Origin: a virus
Lineage: Duplodnaviria > Caudoviricetes
IMG/VR virus record: IMGVR_UViG_3300028048_003180
Location: 1-64,000 of that record
Reading direction: 5' to 3' (one strand)
Length of the DNA: 64,000 nt
Position 1 is the first letter of the stretch, and every line of letters starts with the position of its first letter. Shown here in pieces: positions 36,054 through 46,639 of the stretch. The notes below the pieces were generated by a model. It did not search any database, had not been told where the DNA came from, and worked only from the letters and a program-made list of their open reading frames with translations. A program made the position numbers and the translations under genes.

Positions 36054-36545
36054 ATGGAAAAAGAAAAGACATTGCTCACGGATACATACATCGAAAAGAA
36101 GCTAAAAAAATACTTTCGTGATAACTTGCCTCAATACGTGGAGGGGCCAGATGCGTGGAAAATCAACTGGTCTCCCAACATAGCGTTTACGAGGCCTGAT
36201 GACCTGTACTGGCTTGACCTGTTCTTCATTCCAGGGGAGCCGTTCCAGCAGGAACTCGGCAACTGGGGTAGGAACCGCTGGTCAGGAATATTGCAGGTCA
36301 ATATATGCACACCAAAGTCTGAGGTCACGGTCGAGGACGGCATAGACACAGACGAAGATGACGATTTCGGCACGTCCGCTATGGACCGCTGCTACAACGA
36401 CATAGCAGAGGTCTTCAAGCGCGGCGTTGTATTTGACGGCATAAGAATCCACAAGTGCTACCGCAACACTTCCGCATTGCAGGTGTACGACGACTTCTGT
36501 GCCCTGCCCGTCACAATCGAGTGGCAGGCAGACTTAAGCAACTAA
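36054..36545 (+). CDS. Tail terminator (DUF4128-like)
   Basis: GILQVNICTP...PVTIEW; precedes the tail tube gene. Confidence 0.7.
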   Translation: MEKEKTLLTDTYIEKKLKKYFRDNLPQYVEGPDAWKINWSPNIAFTRPDDLYWLDLFFIPGEPFQQELGNWGRNRWSGILQVNICTPKSEVTVEDGIDTDEDDDFGTSAMDRCYNDIAEVFKRGVVFDGIRIHKCYRNTSALQVYDDFCALPVTIEWQADLSN

Positions 36546-36560
36546 CGGAGGACTATTGCT

Positions 36561-39005
36561 ATGGCATATTCTATAGCAGATGCAGAACCTACCTTTGACC
36601 TCCCCGCTGGTTCGGCGAGCGACTTCTACCTGAGCCGCGAAATCAACGACCGCGAGGACGACAACAATGGCAAGACTGTTAAAAAACACGGGCTTTGGAG
36701 ATACCCATTCCTCACCCGTAGAACTGGTGATTCCCTTGTCGGTACAAACGAGCAGATTAACAGCTCTGAGTTCCGCCACGGACGCACCGCAGCGAAAGTC
36801 AAGCTTGGCAACGCTTCATCAAGCGGAAACCTTGACCTTGAGCTTTCCCCTGAAACCTTTGACGACCAGCTTGAGGGCGTGTTCCGCGACAAGTTCGTTC
36901 GCTTCTTCCATGACGGCCAGAAGGACTTGATTACCAAGGACTACATGACACCGAAGGGTTACATCCACGTCAACGGTGACGACGGCACCTACAACCAGTG
37001 GTACGACTCCACTAAGGAAGGCAAGCGCGTTACACAGGTTCCTCTTTTCTATACAGGAAATGAGGCTGGCACAGAGGAAGATCCATTCGGACTTATCAAG
37101 GTTAGCCCTGAAAAGCTGAACAACCGTTCAGTCAACCCTCTCGGAAAGTTCATTGCACACGAGCTCCATATCGGTAACACTCCGGTAAAATACTCTGCCC
37201 TTTCACGCATCCCGATTACTGAGAAGGCAATCCGCCTCCAGAATTTCCGCCATGTTGAAATGGGCGAACTGAACCTCAACGTTGCAGTAAATGCAATCGT
37301 AACTGGTTCATTCAGCATGAACGGTTCCAACAACCCTGACTACTACACTGAGTCAGCCGAAAAAGGCAAGATCCGCATGGCAGACCAGATGTACGACAAG
37401 AAGGTTATGGCAACAGGAGCCACTGAGGACTTCTACTCAACTGACTACCGTGACGCAGCTGAACGCTTCGTAGCCGCAGCCCGCAACACAACAAAGTCAA
37501 CTGACACTGACCAGTTCACAGCCCTCGACGGTTTCTTGTACGTAAACGGACACCAGCTCCAGTTTGCATCCGCACTTACAATGGACCTGAACAACAACCT
37601 TCAGGCCATCAACGCAATCTTCGTCAAGAATGCGATTGCAAACCTCTCCCCTTCACTTGCAGTTACAGGCAACATCACTGCCTACTTCACTGACGGTGAA
37701 AAGGACGGTACAGGCAAGAAGTACGGAGCCGACGACCTTAAGAACCTTGCAAGCCAGAACAAGGACACTGAAATCCTCTACGCCTTCATCGACAAGGAAG
37801 ACCCCGAGGTTATCTACTTGTTCCAGGTATTCAAGGCAACAATATCCGCACCTACCGAAACGAAGGATGCCGAGAGCCCAATCAGCCTCGATCTGCCCTA
37901 CACCTCTTACGGTGAAATGGCAGTACGCCTCCTCCGCCTTGCCATTCCGAAGATTTCATTCATCGACATGGACATGGGCGGCATGATTGACGGCGGCGAC
38001 ATGACCAAGCTGGACGTAACGCTCATTCCGAACGTTCCGCTCGACAAGGAAGCACCCGCAGTTGCAGAAGGCATATTCTCCGACAAGGATTACATCGACA
38101 GTGCAAACACAAACGGTCTCTACGTATTCAATGACGCAGAGTTCACAGTATATGACGCAGACGGAAACAAGCTTGAGAACGAAGTTACTGTTGACACCTC
38201 GACACTCGCCATCGGCGCAGACGGAGAGATTACTGCAACACTCAACTTCGGAACGGCTCTTGAAGTAGGCCAGACCGTAAAGGTCAAGCTTACCGTAAAC
38301 GGCACAAACCGTGAGGCCGGAAAGGAAGTCGCACCTGACATTCCTTACCTCCGCATGGGCGACGCATACAAGGAAAGCCTCTACAAAGCTGGCTACGTTG
38401 CAGTACAGGCAGGCGACACAATCAATGTGCTCACTGCGAAGGGTGCTGGGGACACTGCTGAGGATGACCTCATCTACAAGTCTTACGCTGCAATGTCAGC
38501 AGACGACATCAAGGTTGAGTCTTCCGACGACGCAGTTGCATCCGTATCTGGCGCAGTGGTTACAATCGGAAGCTCTGTTGCCGAAGGCGCAAAGGCTACA
38601 ATCACCGTAACCTCAAAGTATGACAAGGGCGTATTCCTTGCCTTTGACGTACAGGTTGGCGGCGAACCTGCCCCTGGCCCTGGACCAGACCCAACACCTG
38701 ACCCTGTAGACGCACAGGCTCCGACATTCAGCGAAACCCTTGAAGATGTCTCTTACGAGACAACTGATACAGCAACACCTCTCAATGGTGCAGCAACAGT
38801 ATCTGACGGCGGAACAGTCACCTACCAGTGGTATAAGGATGACGTTGCAATCGAAGGTGCAACAAGTGCTGAATACACACCTGACATCACAACCGAAGGC
38901 GAGTTCGTGTATAAGGTCGTTGCGACCAACACGAATGCTTCTGCAACTGGGGCTACTACTGCAACAGCAAACCAGAGCTGTACAGTAACCGTAGTGGGAG
39001 CCTAA
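36561..39005 (+). CDS. Major tail tube protein with C-terminal Ig-like domains
   Basis: SSEFR...GNLDLELS tube motif; Pro-rich linker; TYQWYKD Ig domain. Confidence 0.8.
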   Translation: MAYSIADAEPTFDLPAGSASDFYLSREINDREDDNNGKTVKKHGLWRYPFLTRRTGDSLVGTNEQINSSEFRHGRTAAKVKLGNASSSGNLDLELSPETFDDQLEGVFRDKFVRFFHDGQKDLITKDYMTPKGYIHVNGDDGTYNQWYDSTKEGKRVTQVPLFYTGNEAGTEEDPFGLIKVSPEKLNNRSVNPLGKFIAHELHIGNTPVKYSALSRIPITEKAIRLQNFRHVEMGELNLNVAVNAIVTGSFSMNGSNNPDYYTESAEKGKIRMADQMYDKKVMATGATEDFYSTDYRDAAERFVAAARNTTKSTDTDQFTALDGFLYVNGHQLQFASALTMDLNNNLQAINAIFVKNAIANLSPSLAVTGNITAYFTDGEKDGTGKKYGADDLKNLASQNKDTEILYAFIDKEDPEVIYLFQVFKATISAPTETKDAESPISLDLPYTSYGEMAVRLLRLAIPKISFIDMDMGGMIDGGDMTKLDVTLIPNVPLDKEAPAVAEGIFSDKDYIDSANTNGLYVFNDAEFTVYDADGNKLENEVTVDTSTLAIGADGEITATLNFGTALEVGQTVKVKLTVNGTNREAGKEVAPDIPYLRMGDAYKESLYKAGYVAVQAGDTINVLTAKGAGDTAEDDLIYKSYAAMSADDIKVESSDDAVASVSGAVVTIGSSVAEGAKATITVTSKYDKGVFLAFDVQVGGEPAPGPGPDPTPDPVDAQAPTFSETLEDVSYETTDTATPLNGAATVSDGGTVTYQWYKDDVAIEGATSAEYTPDITTEGEFVYKVVATNTNASATGATTATANQSCTVTVVGA

Positions 39006-39081
39006 TACGGAAATGAAGGCTGGCGGCTTGCCTTAAAAGCCGCATTCACCTACTGGCGGAGGAAACACCAGATGTTCCAAA

Positions 39082-39114
39082 GGGGGCGGGACTATAAAAA
39101 GCCCCCTGTTTTTT
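39082..39114 (+). terminator. Terminator after the tail tube gene
   Basis: GGGGGC...GCCCCC plus T-run. Confidence 0.55.
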
Positions 39115-39137
39115 AGAACCAACAAAAGGACATTCTT

Positions 39138-39554
39138 ATGGAAAACACAATCGACATTGCCTCATTCTTCACGAAGAAGAACGAGGAGGAAGGCATTTGG
39201 TATGAGCCGAAGGTCGAAGGACGCGGCATAGGCATTGAGTTCAAGCTTCTCGGAAAGGCAAGCGACGCAAACACAATCGCAAGCGAAGTCTATGAAAAGG
39301 AGACTGACGAGGCTTCCAAAGAGAAGGATGCGGTCAAGCGCAGGGACAAGAACGACAAGGCACTCGCAAAGCGCATTGCCGCAGTCGTTACGGACGTGAG
39401 GGCAACCGAAGGGAATACGGTGTTCATTGAAGGCAAGCCTTTGACGTACTCAAGGGAGACAGTAGAGTACATCCTCCTCCAGTCATCCGTAATCAGTGAG
39501 GACATTCTCAGGGCGTTCATCGAGCGTGAAAATTTTATGACGAAGAAGCATTGA
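39138..39554 (+). CDS. Tail assembly chaperone (G-like)
   Basis: Between tube and tape measure; slippery site near the 3' end. Confidence 0.75.
   Translation: MENTIDIASFFTKKNEEEGIWYEPKVEGRGIGIEFKLLGKASDANTIASEVYEKETDEASKEKDAVKRRDKNDKALAKRIAAVVTDVRATEGNTVFIEGKPLTYSRETVEYILLQSSVISEDILRAFIERENFMTKKH
39530..39536 (+). other. -1 programmed frameshift site A-AAT-TTT
   Basis: In-frame X XXY YYZ heptamer; the -1 frame reads on without a stop into 39551-40036. Confidence 0.75.
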
Positions 39555-40036
39555 AATCAGCCGTCCGGCAATACTTCTTCTTATACTGGCCCCACTCCGT
39601 CAAGAAGCAGACCAGGGACGGCAAGACAGGAAAGGTCCGCGAGGAGACGGAGACAGGGATAAGGAACTCCGACAGGAGGGACTTCCTCAAGTCTAAGTTC
39701 GGCGAGGAGAAATGGAACAACCTCGTCAAGAACGATTCACACTATAAGCAGTACAAGGAGCCGGAGGTTCCCAACGGCTGCAGGTGGATATTCAACCAGT
39801 TCCTGTACATATACTTCAACTCAGGGTTCAGCCCGATGAGCGGTGCCTCCATGATGACGTTCCAGAGTCTTAACGACTATGTGATGTGCATGGGCGCACC
39901 GCTTACGATTGCTGAAAAAAAATTAATACTCAAAATGAAAGGATGGGCGGGCGAGGTCATTGCAGACTTCGACAAGAAGCCCGACAAGAAAGGAGCGCAG
40001 AATGACGGAAAAGAAGGCCGTAAAGAAGGAAGCTAA
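39551..40036 (+). CDS. Tail chaperone frameshift extension (T-like)
   Basis: -1 frame relative to 39138; TTG start without clear SD. Confidence 0.7.
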   Translation: MKSAVRQYFFLYWPHSVKKQTRDGKTGKVREETETGIRNSDRRDFLKSKFGEEKWNNLVKNDSHYKQYKEPEVPNGCRWIFNQFLYIYFNSGFSPMSGASMMTFQSLNDYVMCMGAPLTIAEKKLILKMKGWAGEVIADFDKKPDKKGAQNDGKEGRKEGS

Positions 40037-40460
40037 GAAGACCCCTGCAAAGGGAAAAGTCATTGAGATTACGAAGTTCTTCAACATCACGAGGGAGAAG
40101 GAAGGCGTATGGTACGAGCCCAAGATAAACGGGGTTCCCCTTGGCCTTGAACTCAAGGTCCTCGGCCCGGCGGCAGAGGCCGTAAGGAAGGCTTCCGTAG
40201 AGTACGACAAGGCACACGAAAAGGTAGAGGAGCTTTTCAAGAAGGAGCCCGGCAAGGCTTTGGACATGGAGCAGGAGGCCCTTGCAAAGAGGGCTGCCGC
40301 CTGTGTCGTTGGCATAAGGGGAAAGGACGGGAATACAATCACCATTGACGGCAAGCCACTCGTGTTCTCTGATGAGTTTGCGGAACGCCTGTTCTTTGAG
40401 AACGGGGACATAACCGGGGACGTGCTTGCAGCCTCTCTGGACGGCAACCTGTTCAAATAA
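40002..40460 (+). CDS. Second tail-chaperone paralog
   Basis: FF...EGVWYEPKING matches FF...EGIWYEPKVEG; RBS AAGGAG. Confidence 0.75.
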   Translation: MTEKKAVKKEAKKTPAKGKVIEITKFFNITREKEGVWYEPKINGVPLGLELKVLGPAAEAVRKASVEYDKAHEKVEELFKKEPGKALDMEQEALAKRAAACVVGIRGKDGNTITIDGKPLVFSDEFAERLFFENGDITGDVLAASLDGNLFK

Positions 40461-40506
40461 CATACTGCACGTAACCTTGAAATAAAACTGTTGGAGGAGT
40501 GGAATC

Positions 40507-43500
40507 ATGGCAGACATAGAATTAAACCTTAACGGCAATATTGTAAACCAGTTCAAGGCATTGGCGAAGGAAGCCAGTGAAGCACAGAAGTCCATCGAAA
40601 GGCTCAAGAAGCAGATGGAGTCCATGACGGCCAAAGGTTCCCCTGCCTTCAACAGCAAGACAAGCCAGATACTGTCATCTACAAGCTTTAGCTCCATACA
40701 AGACTTGTTTGCCGAAATCAAGTCAAACAAGCTTATGGGTGCGCCTGGAGGAACCCAGACGGCACAAGCTGCAAAACAGCTTACAAATCTCCGCAATATA
40801 CTGAAAAGCGTAGGCAACAAGGAACTCCAGGAAGACATAGGCGGCGTAACGGGACGAATAGATAACGTCGTAAGGGCGATGAGCGGAAAAGCTCCGGGAA
40901 AGAACCCTTTGTCGCAGGTTATGATACCTGACGCTCAGCTCAAGGGGCATGAAGAGGAGATAAAGAAGTCCATACTTGGAATCTCCGACTACATCATAAA
41001 GCTTGAGAAGTCACTTACTGGAATAAACAGTGTTGCTCAAAAAGAGTACAAAAAGGCAAACCCCAGCAAGACTGCCGCAGGAACGAAGATAAGAGGCAAG
41101 GACTTCTCGTACGACTACGACCGCTACCAGAGTGACGCAAAGTATGCAAAGCAGGTTGACGAGCTCAAGCTGTACTACCAGAGGAAAGCCGACAACTATG
41201 GAGACATAGGAAAGTCTGCCCTTCAAAATGCCGCATTGAAGGGTACGAAAGTTTTCGGAGGAACAAACGGAAACTACAATGGATTCTGGAGTGAATTGGC
41301 ACAAGGCTTCAAGAACGGCATAAATGAAGGCTTGAAGGACTTTGACATCGGAGAGCTTCTCAGCAACACCATAAAGAAAGGTGGAAAGTCAAGAAGACAG
41401 AACAAGGTTCTCGACAAGTTCGGCTACGACTCTGAATTTATCCTTGACACTCAGGCTGCAATGAAGACTAAGAGTTTCCAGCAGTTTGCCAAACAACAGA
41501 GGGAAAAGTTCGGCGACCTTGGAAAACAAATGACTGACAGGGATATAATGAGGGGTGCTACAAAGAAAGACAGGGCAAACCTCCTTAAGCAGATAAAAGG
41601 AAACAAGGAAATAGACTTCTCCCAGCTAACCAAAGGTGACAAGTCAAAAGTGTTTGCAGGTCTTGTAAATAACAAGGGTGCTACATCAATGATGGGTGGC
41701 CTAAAGCTGGGAGGTGTGTTCCTTACCGCTGCGGCAGGAGTGGGAAAACTTGCCGAGGTAGCGGGAAAATTAGGGACCGAAGCGTTAAAAGCCTATGAAG
41801 GTGTCCAGCAGCTCCAGACCCAGTTGGGCGTTGTATTCGGAAGTACAGTACAGTCTGACAAAATGTTCAGCCAGATTGAGGGGTATGCAAAAAAATCCCC
41901 GTTCGGCGTTGAGAACATGACACAGCAGGCTATCCTGCTTAAACAGTCTGGCGTGTACGCATCAGAACTTATGGACACCATGAAGCGCATAGGAGACATA
42001 TCTTCAGGCAACAACGAAAAGATGAAGTCTATCTCTGAAGTATATGCCAGGGTCATGTCGTCCCAGAGGGTTACAGCCCGTGACATGAGGCAACTTTCCA
42101 CTGCCGGGGTCCCGTCCTACTCTGCCCTTGCAGATGCTATGGGCGTAGAAAGAGGGCTTGTAAGGGGAAAACTTCAAAGGGGAGAAGTTTCAGCCGTTGA
42201 CTTTCAGAAAATGATCGAGAGGCTGACGGACAAGGGCGGAATGTTCTACGGAGCGACAAGCAAGGGTGCAGAAACGTTTGCCGCAAGGAAGCAAAATCTT
42301 GCTGACTCAAAACAGATGGCCATGTCCAGCCTTGGAGACCTTCTTACAAGACTGGGTTCTTCAACCGGGCAGTCAAGGGACGGCTGGTATGCAGGCGTAT
42401 TAGGATGGCTTGAGGGTATTTACAACGGAATCGAAGAGGTCGCTGCGAATACTGCCAAAGAAAAAGATGTTGAAGCCCCTGATAAAATTCTGGAAGAAAT
42501 CAAAAAGAGGGAGGATATACTCCGCGACCCGACAAACAGTGCGGATGTCAATGCGGGCACTATTGGCGGGCAAATCAAGCTGATGAATGAAATTGAAGAC
42601 CTGAAAAAACAGCTTCCTGCCGCCTACGCAAAAGCATTTAGCTCAGGCTCTGACCTTTATGAGAGGGAAAAGAGAAAGGGCGGCTCTGTCTACAACTTGT
42701 TCCAACAGGGTACAGGGGCAAATTTTGAGGTCAGGGACAAGTGGGGACAGATTGATGAGGAAGCAACGAAAAAAAAGATAAAGGAGCAATACGAATATTA
42801 TAAAAGACAGTCCGATTATCATTATTTCGCAAAAGCGGATGTTGGCACTCCCGGATATTTTACAGATTTGTATGAAAACTATGCAAAGCACTCTGGTGTA
42901 ACCCGCTTGGACCAAAACAAGGTTAGCAAGCTTCAGGCAGCGGGATTTGGAGACGAGAGTGCGGGTCTGGGCTTGGAAGATATTATCAAAAGCTTCGAGG
43001 AATCTATTCATCCTGCAAAGTATGCTGTCGAATATTATTTCTCGTCCCTTATTCAAGCAACACAGGAAGGAGCTGACGACTTAAACCATCAGATAGAGAA
43101 TGTAAAGGACACGTTTACAAAAAGTGGAGAGGTTAATTTTGGGAAAACCGGACTGGAAGGGTACGGCGCACAGCACCTTATGACCGCCGCAAGGGATGAC
43201 TACCAGAACAACAGTCCTGTATACCAGATGTCATGGAAAGACCAGAAAGCTTACTGGGATGAGCAGGCAAAGAAGGAAATTGAGCTATACTCATCAAAAA
43301 CAAAAAAAGGAAAGGACGAGAACGGCAACGACATATATGACATGTCCGGCCTGACTGCAGAGGAAATGCAGAGGGCAAGGGAGCTTCTTATGACTTCCCA
43401 TGAGGACATAAGCTTGTTGGCCCACCCGGAAAATGCAATGGCGGACGGCGAGCTTACTGACCAAGCAATGGAAGAGGTGGAGATTCTCCGCAAAAACATA

Positions 43501-46500
43501 GAGGAGCTTGGAAAGGTTGCCGAAAACTCCGGCGGGGAAGAAGTCTTTGGCCCGTTTATGAACAATCTTGAGGAGCTGAAAAAACTGCTTGGCCCTGATT
43601 TTGGAAAGGATGCAAAAAATAACTTGCAGGACCTGTCTCGGATGTTCAGCGAAGGGCTAGTGGGAAGCCTTAATACCCAGCTTGAGAATGCAAATATTCC
43701 GCCTGAAGTGAAGGCCAAGCTTCAGGCTATGAAAAACAACACTCTGGCAGCGACACAGACGAAGACATACAATGACGACACTTCATATATCAACCGCCGA
43801 AAGCAGGCTTCCTTGAGGGCTCATGTTTTGTCCAACGTAACGGGAGTCTCAGCAGAACGTGTTGCAAACTCAAAAGAATCATCCGTTATGAACGCCTACC
43901 TCAACAATTTCTCACAGAGGCAGACATTCGCACAGCTTGGAAAGGTTCTCATGCAGAACGGAGCGGAGCTTAAGGATGTTGCAAGGGCAATGCAGGAAGG
44001 CAAGAACGGCCAGAAGTACGGAATGTATGACTGGAACAAGTCAACGTCTTCCATAGAGGAGCAGGCGGCGCAGAAGAACGTAGCCACACAAGAAGCACTC
44101 ATTTCGGCATACCAGCAGCAGATAGACGCATTGCAGGAGCTTACGGTAGGAAGCATAGCAACAAGGGACCAGTGGGACAACCTCGGCTCTCTGTCTGCCC
44201 AGCTTGGCGTTGCATTTGAGCTTTCTGCAAAGACACTTGCGGACGGTACAGTGCAGTTCACTGACGCTACGATACAGTCTGCACATAAGATGATGGAAGA
44301 GCTGAACCTTAAGAAGTTCAACCAGCAGATGAGCACGATACTTAACAGTACCATAGACAAAATCAGGGGAGAGCAACGCGATACAGGGTTTAAGTCTATG
44401 GTCATATCAGGAGGCGTTCCCTCAATAGGCCGTGTAAAGACGGCTGACGTGGAATCCTACGCTGGTGTTATGTCGGCTCAGGCCAAAGAAATTAGCAAAA
44501 CAGATAAAACCACGCTTGTTAACTCTCTGCTTGAAAAATCAAGAAGTGTTTATAGCTCAGAAAAAGAGGCAAAGGCGGCTGCGGAAATATTTACAAAAGC
44601 TCTTGGCGATGAAGCAAAAAAGATTGCTGTAAAGGAAAATGTAAGGGCTGCTTATTCGGGCGGACCGGCAAGTTTCAGTTCGGTAGATAAGTTGGCAAAG
44701 GAAAGAATGCGGGCAGATTTTGAGAAGACAAAATTGGATCCTAAAGAATTCAAGGATTGGGCCTTGCAAAAAGTTAATTGGGGAGATAGAAACCAGTCAT
44801 TATATAACAAGTATTATGCTTTAGCCTTGAGAGATTCAGGATATAAAAACTGGCCCACGATTAACGTAGAAAGAAATTTCACCCCGGGAAATACAAGTGC
44901 AAGTGGTACTAACTTCCGCCTTGCCTCTGTGAATGGACAAAAAGAGTCCGCATACATAAAGGAAAGTATGTCAGAAAAGCTCGATAAAGGTTACGGATTG
45001 GAAGGCTTTTCTAAAAAAGACGCAGAGGATTTGGTTGATAAGATACTCTCGGCATTGGATGCAGGAAGCCTGCCGAAAGAGTACGAGGGGTTATTTCTTG
45101 TTCTTACAGGACTTCAAGGGGAAGCTGAAGGTCTCAAGGCCGTCATAGAGGATAATACTCAGGCACAGATTAAGAATGCGGCAACACAAGAGGTTTTTGC
45201 ACACAATGAAAAACTGTTTGACTTCCTCGGCTCAAAAGGCGTGTTGGGAGAAGAGGCAAAGACCTTGGAAAACAGCAAGGCTTTCTCTGAAATGAACCCT
45301 AACAATCCTCTCCTCCATAAAATTAACAATCCATTCCAAGATGAGCTGCTTGAATTCAATGGAATGGACAGGAATGTAAACTACAAGACTTACAGGAGAC
45401 GGCGCGTTGGTGACATGATGGACCTTTCAATGAGCGACAAAAATGGAAATGGGCTTCTTGATGAGGACGAAACGGCAAATAAGCTGAAGGCAGACAAAGA
45501 GACCCATGCGGCAATGAGGGATTATCTTACCAACGGGATGGGAAAAAGGTTTGCCAAGGGACTCTATAAAAATGCTCCTGATGAGATAAAGAAAGAACTT
45601 GGTTCTAATTATGGGGAATTCCAGGAAAAGCTCAAAGGAATGAATGACACTGAACTTGACGACCTGTTTAGTCATTTCAAAGGAGGAGAAGGAGCCTTTG
45701 ACGGTGTAAAGGCAAGCCTTGAGGAAGTCATCGCAAAAATGCAGGAAGCTGGTGAGCATTCTGCAATATTCCAAGACAAACTGACGCAGCTTGGAAACTC
45801 AATAAAAGATGAGGCTCTTGGTGGGGCAATGAACGCGCTCAATACAGGCTTCACAAAAGCCGGAGACTTAGCCTACAAGCTCCAGAACAACCTCATAGAA
45901 GGTGCTGACGCTACAATGGAAATGAAGAAAACCCTCGCGGGTGTAGCGGCAACCATGCTCCAGAACATAGGCTCGACAATGACTGACACAGGCCTTAAGA
46001 TTGCAGGAGGAGCTGCAATGGATAGGAACTGGGGTATGGTTGCAGCAGGCCTTGCCCTCGCGGTTGCTGGTGGCGCGGCATCCTTCGGCGGTGGTATGCT
46101 AAGTGCCTTTGCAAGCGACAACAACAAAGGCAATAGTGACGAGGCGGAAGACCAGCTTGCAAGGCTTGAGGACTTAAAGGACAACCTTGCTGAGCTTCTC
46201 AAGCAGGCAAAGGACGATGCCATCTACTACGAGACCAACATGAGGAACAAGCAGGCTCTCGTATTCAATGACGCACTATCAAGCACGAGCGTTAACGATG
46301 CCATCATCACTCCTAGGGGTGTAGTAAATACTGCTCCTGATGACTACATCATGGCCATGAAGGACCCGACTCAGCTTATGGGAAAGGGAGACGGCGGAAC
46401 CAACGTAAGCTTCTCAATCGTCAATGAATCGGGCACTCCGATGACCGTCACAGGCTCCGAGACAAGGCAGAACGGAGACACGACCGAGATAACGGCAATC

Positions 46501-46599
46501 GTCAACGCCATAGTACAGAAGTCCATGAATGACGGTGAGTATGACGACGTTATGGCGGGTATGCAGCTCAGACAGAGGGGAAGCCAGATTTCTTCCTAG
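40507..46599 (+). CDS. Tape measure protein
   Basis: 2030 aa helical; AKKSPF...LGDI-type tape-measure core. Confidence 0.92.
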   Translation: MADIELNLNGNIVNQFKALAKEASEAQKSIERLKKQMESMTAKGSPAFNSKTSQILSSTSFSSIQDLFAEIKSNKLMGAPGGTQTAQAAKQLTNLRNILKSVGNKELQEDIGGVTGRIDNVVRAMSGKAPGKNPLSQVMIPDAQLKGHEEEIKKSILGISDYIIKLEKSLTGINSVAQKEYKKANPSKTAAGTKIRGKDFSYDYDRYQSDAKYAKQVDELKLYYQRKADNYGDIGKSALQNAALKGTKVFGGTNGNYNGFWSELAQGFKNGINEGLKDFDIGELLSNTIKKGGKSRRQNKVLDKFGYDSEFILDTQAAMKTKSFQQFAKQQREKFGDLGKQMTDRDIMRGATKKDRANLLKQIKGNKEIDFSQLTKGDKSKVFAGLVNNKGATSMMGGLKLGGVFLTAAAGVGKLAEVAGKLGTEALKAYEGVQQLQTQLGVVFGSTVQSDKMFSQIEGYAKKSPFGVENMTQQAILLKQSGVYASELMDTMKRIGDISSGNNEKMKSISEVYARVMSSQRVTARDMRQLSTAGVPSYSALADAMGVERGLVRGKLQRGEVSAVDFQKMIERLTDKGGMFYGATSKGAETFAARKQNLADSKQMAMSSLGDLLTRLGSSTGQSRDGWYAGVLGWLEGIYNGIEEVAANTAKEKDVEAPDKILEEIKKREDILRDPTNSADVNAGTIGGQIKLMNEIEDLKKQLPAAYAKAFSSGSDLYEREKRKGGSVYNLFQQGTGANFEVRDKWGQIDEEATKKKIKEQYEYYKRQSDYHYFAKADVGTPGYFTDLYENYAKHSGVTRLDQNKVSKLQAAGFGDESAGLGLEDIIKSFEESIHPAKYAVEYYFSSLIQATQEGADDLNHQIENVKDTFTKSGEVNFGKTGLEGYGAQHLMTAARDDYQNNSPVYQMSWKDQKAYWDEQAKKEIELYSSKTKKGKDENGNDIYDMSGLTAEEMQRARELLMTSHEDISLLAHPENAMADGELTDQAMEEVEILRKNIEELGKVAENSGGEEVFGPFMNNLEELKKLLGPDFGKDAKNNLQDLSRMFSEGLVGSLNTQLENANIPPEVKAKLQAMKNNTLAATQTKTYNDDTSYINRRKQASLRAHVLSNVTGVSAERVANSKESSVMNAYLNNFSQRQTFAQLGKVLMQNGAELKDVARAMQEGKNGQKYGMYDWNKSTSSIEEQAAQKNVATQEALISAYQQQIDALQELTVGSIATRDQWDNLGSLSAQLGVAFELSAKTLADGTVQFTDATIQSAHKMMEELNLKKFNQQMSTILNSTIDKIRGEQRDTGFKSMVISGGVPSIGRVKTADVESYAGVMSAQAKEISKTDKTTLVNSLLEKSRSVYSSEKEAKAAAEIFTKALGDEAKKIAVKENVRAAYSGGPASFSSVDKLAKERMRADFEKTKLDPKEFKDWALQKVNWGDRNQSLYNKYYALALRDSGYKNWPTINVERNFTPGNTSASGTNFRLASVNGQKESAYIKESMSEKLDKGYGLEGFSKKDAEDLVDKILSALDAGSLPKEYEGLFLVLTGLQGEAEGLKAVIEDNTQAQIKNAATQEVFAHNEKLFDFLGSKGVLGEEAKTLENSKAFSEMNPNNPLLHKINNPFQDELLEFNGMDRNVNYKTYRRRRVGDMMDLSMSDKNGNGLLDEDETANKLKADKETHAAMRDYLTNGMGKRFAKGLYKNAPDEIKKELGSNYGEFQEKLKGMNDTELDDLFSHFKGGEGAFDGVKASLEEVIAKMQEAGEHSAIFQDKLTQLGNSIKDEALGGAMNALNTGFTKAGDLAYKLQNNLIEGADATMEMKKTLAGVAATMLQNIGSTMTDTGLKIAGGAAMDRNWGMVAAGLALAVAGGAASFGGGMLSAFASDNNKGNSDEAEDQLARLEDLKDNLAELLKQAKDDAIYYETNMRNKQALVFNDALSSTSVNDAIITPRGVVNTAPDDYIMAMKDPTQLMGKGDGGTNVSFSIVNESGTPMTVTGSETRQNGDTTEITAIVNAIVQKSMNDGEYDDVMAGMQLRQRGSQISS

Positions 46600-46602
46600 T
46601 TT

Positions 46603-46631
46603 TTGCTAAAAAAAAGCCGGGGGATTACAGT
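46603..46631 (+). promoter_or_regulatory. A-tract promoter of the tail-tip operon (probably leaderless)
   Basis: TTGCTA-17-TACAGT; ATG after an 8-nt gap with no SD. Confidence 0.6.
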
Positions 46632-46639
46632 CAGTCATT

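Noticed and set aside
39923-40838. Long minus-strand ORFs (177 and 293 aa)
   Set aside because: Shadow frames of the chaperone and tape measure genes
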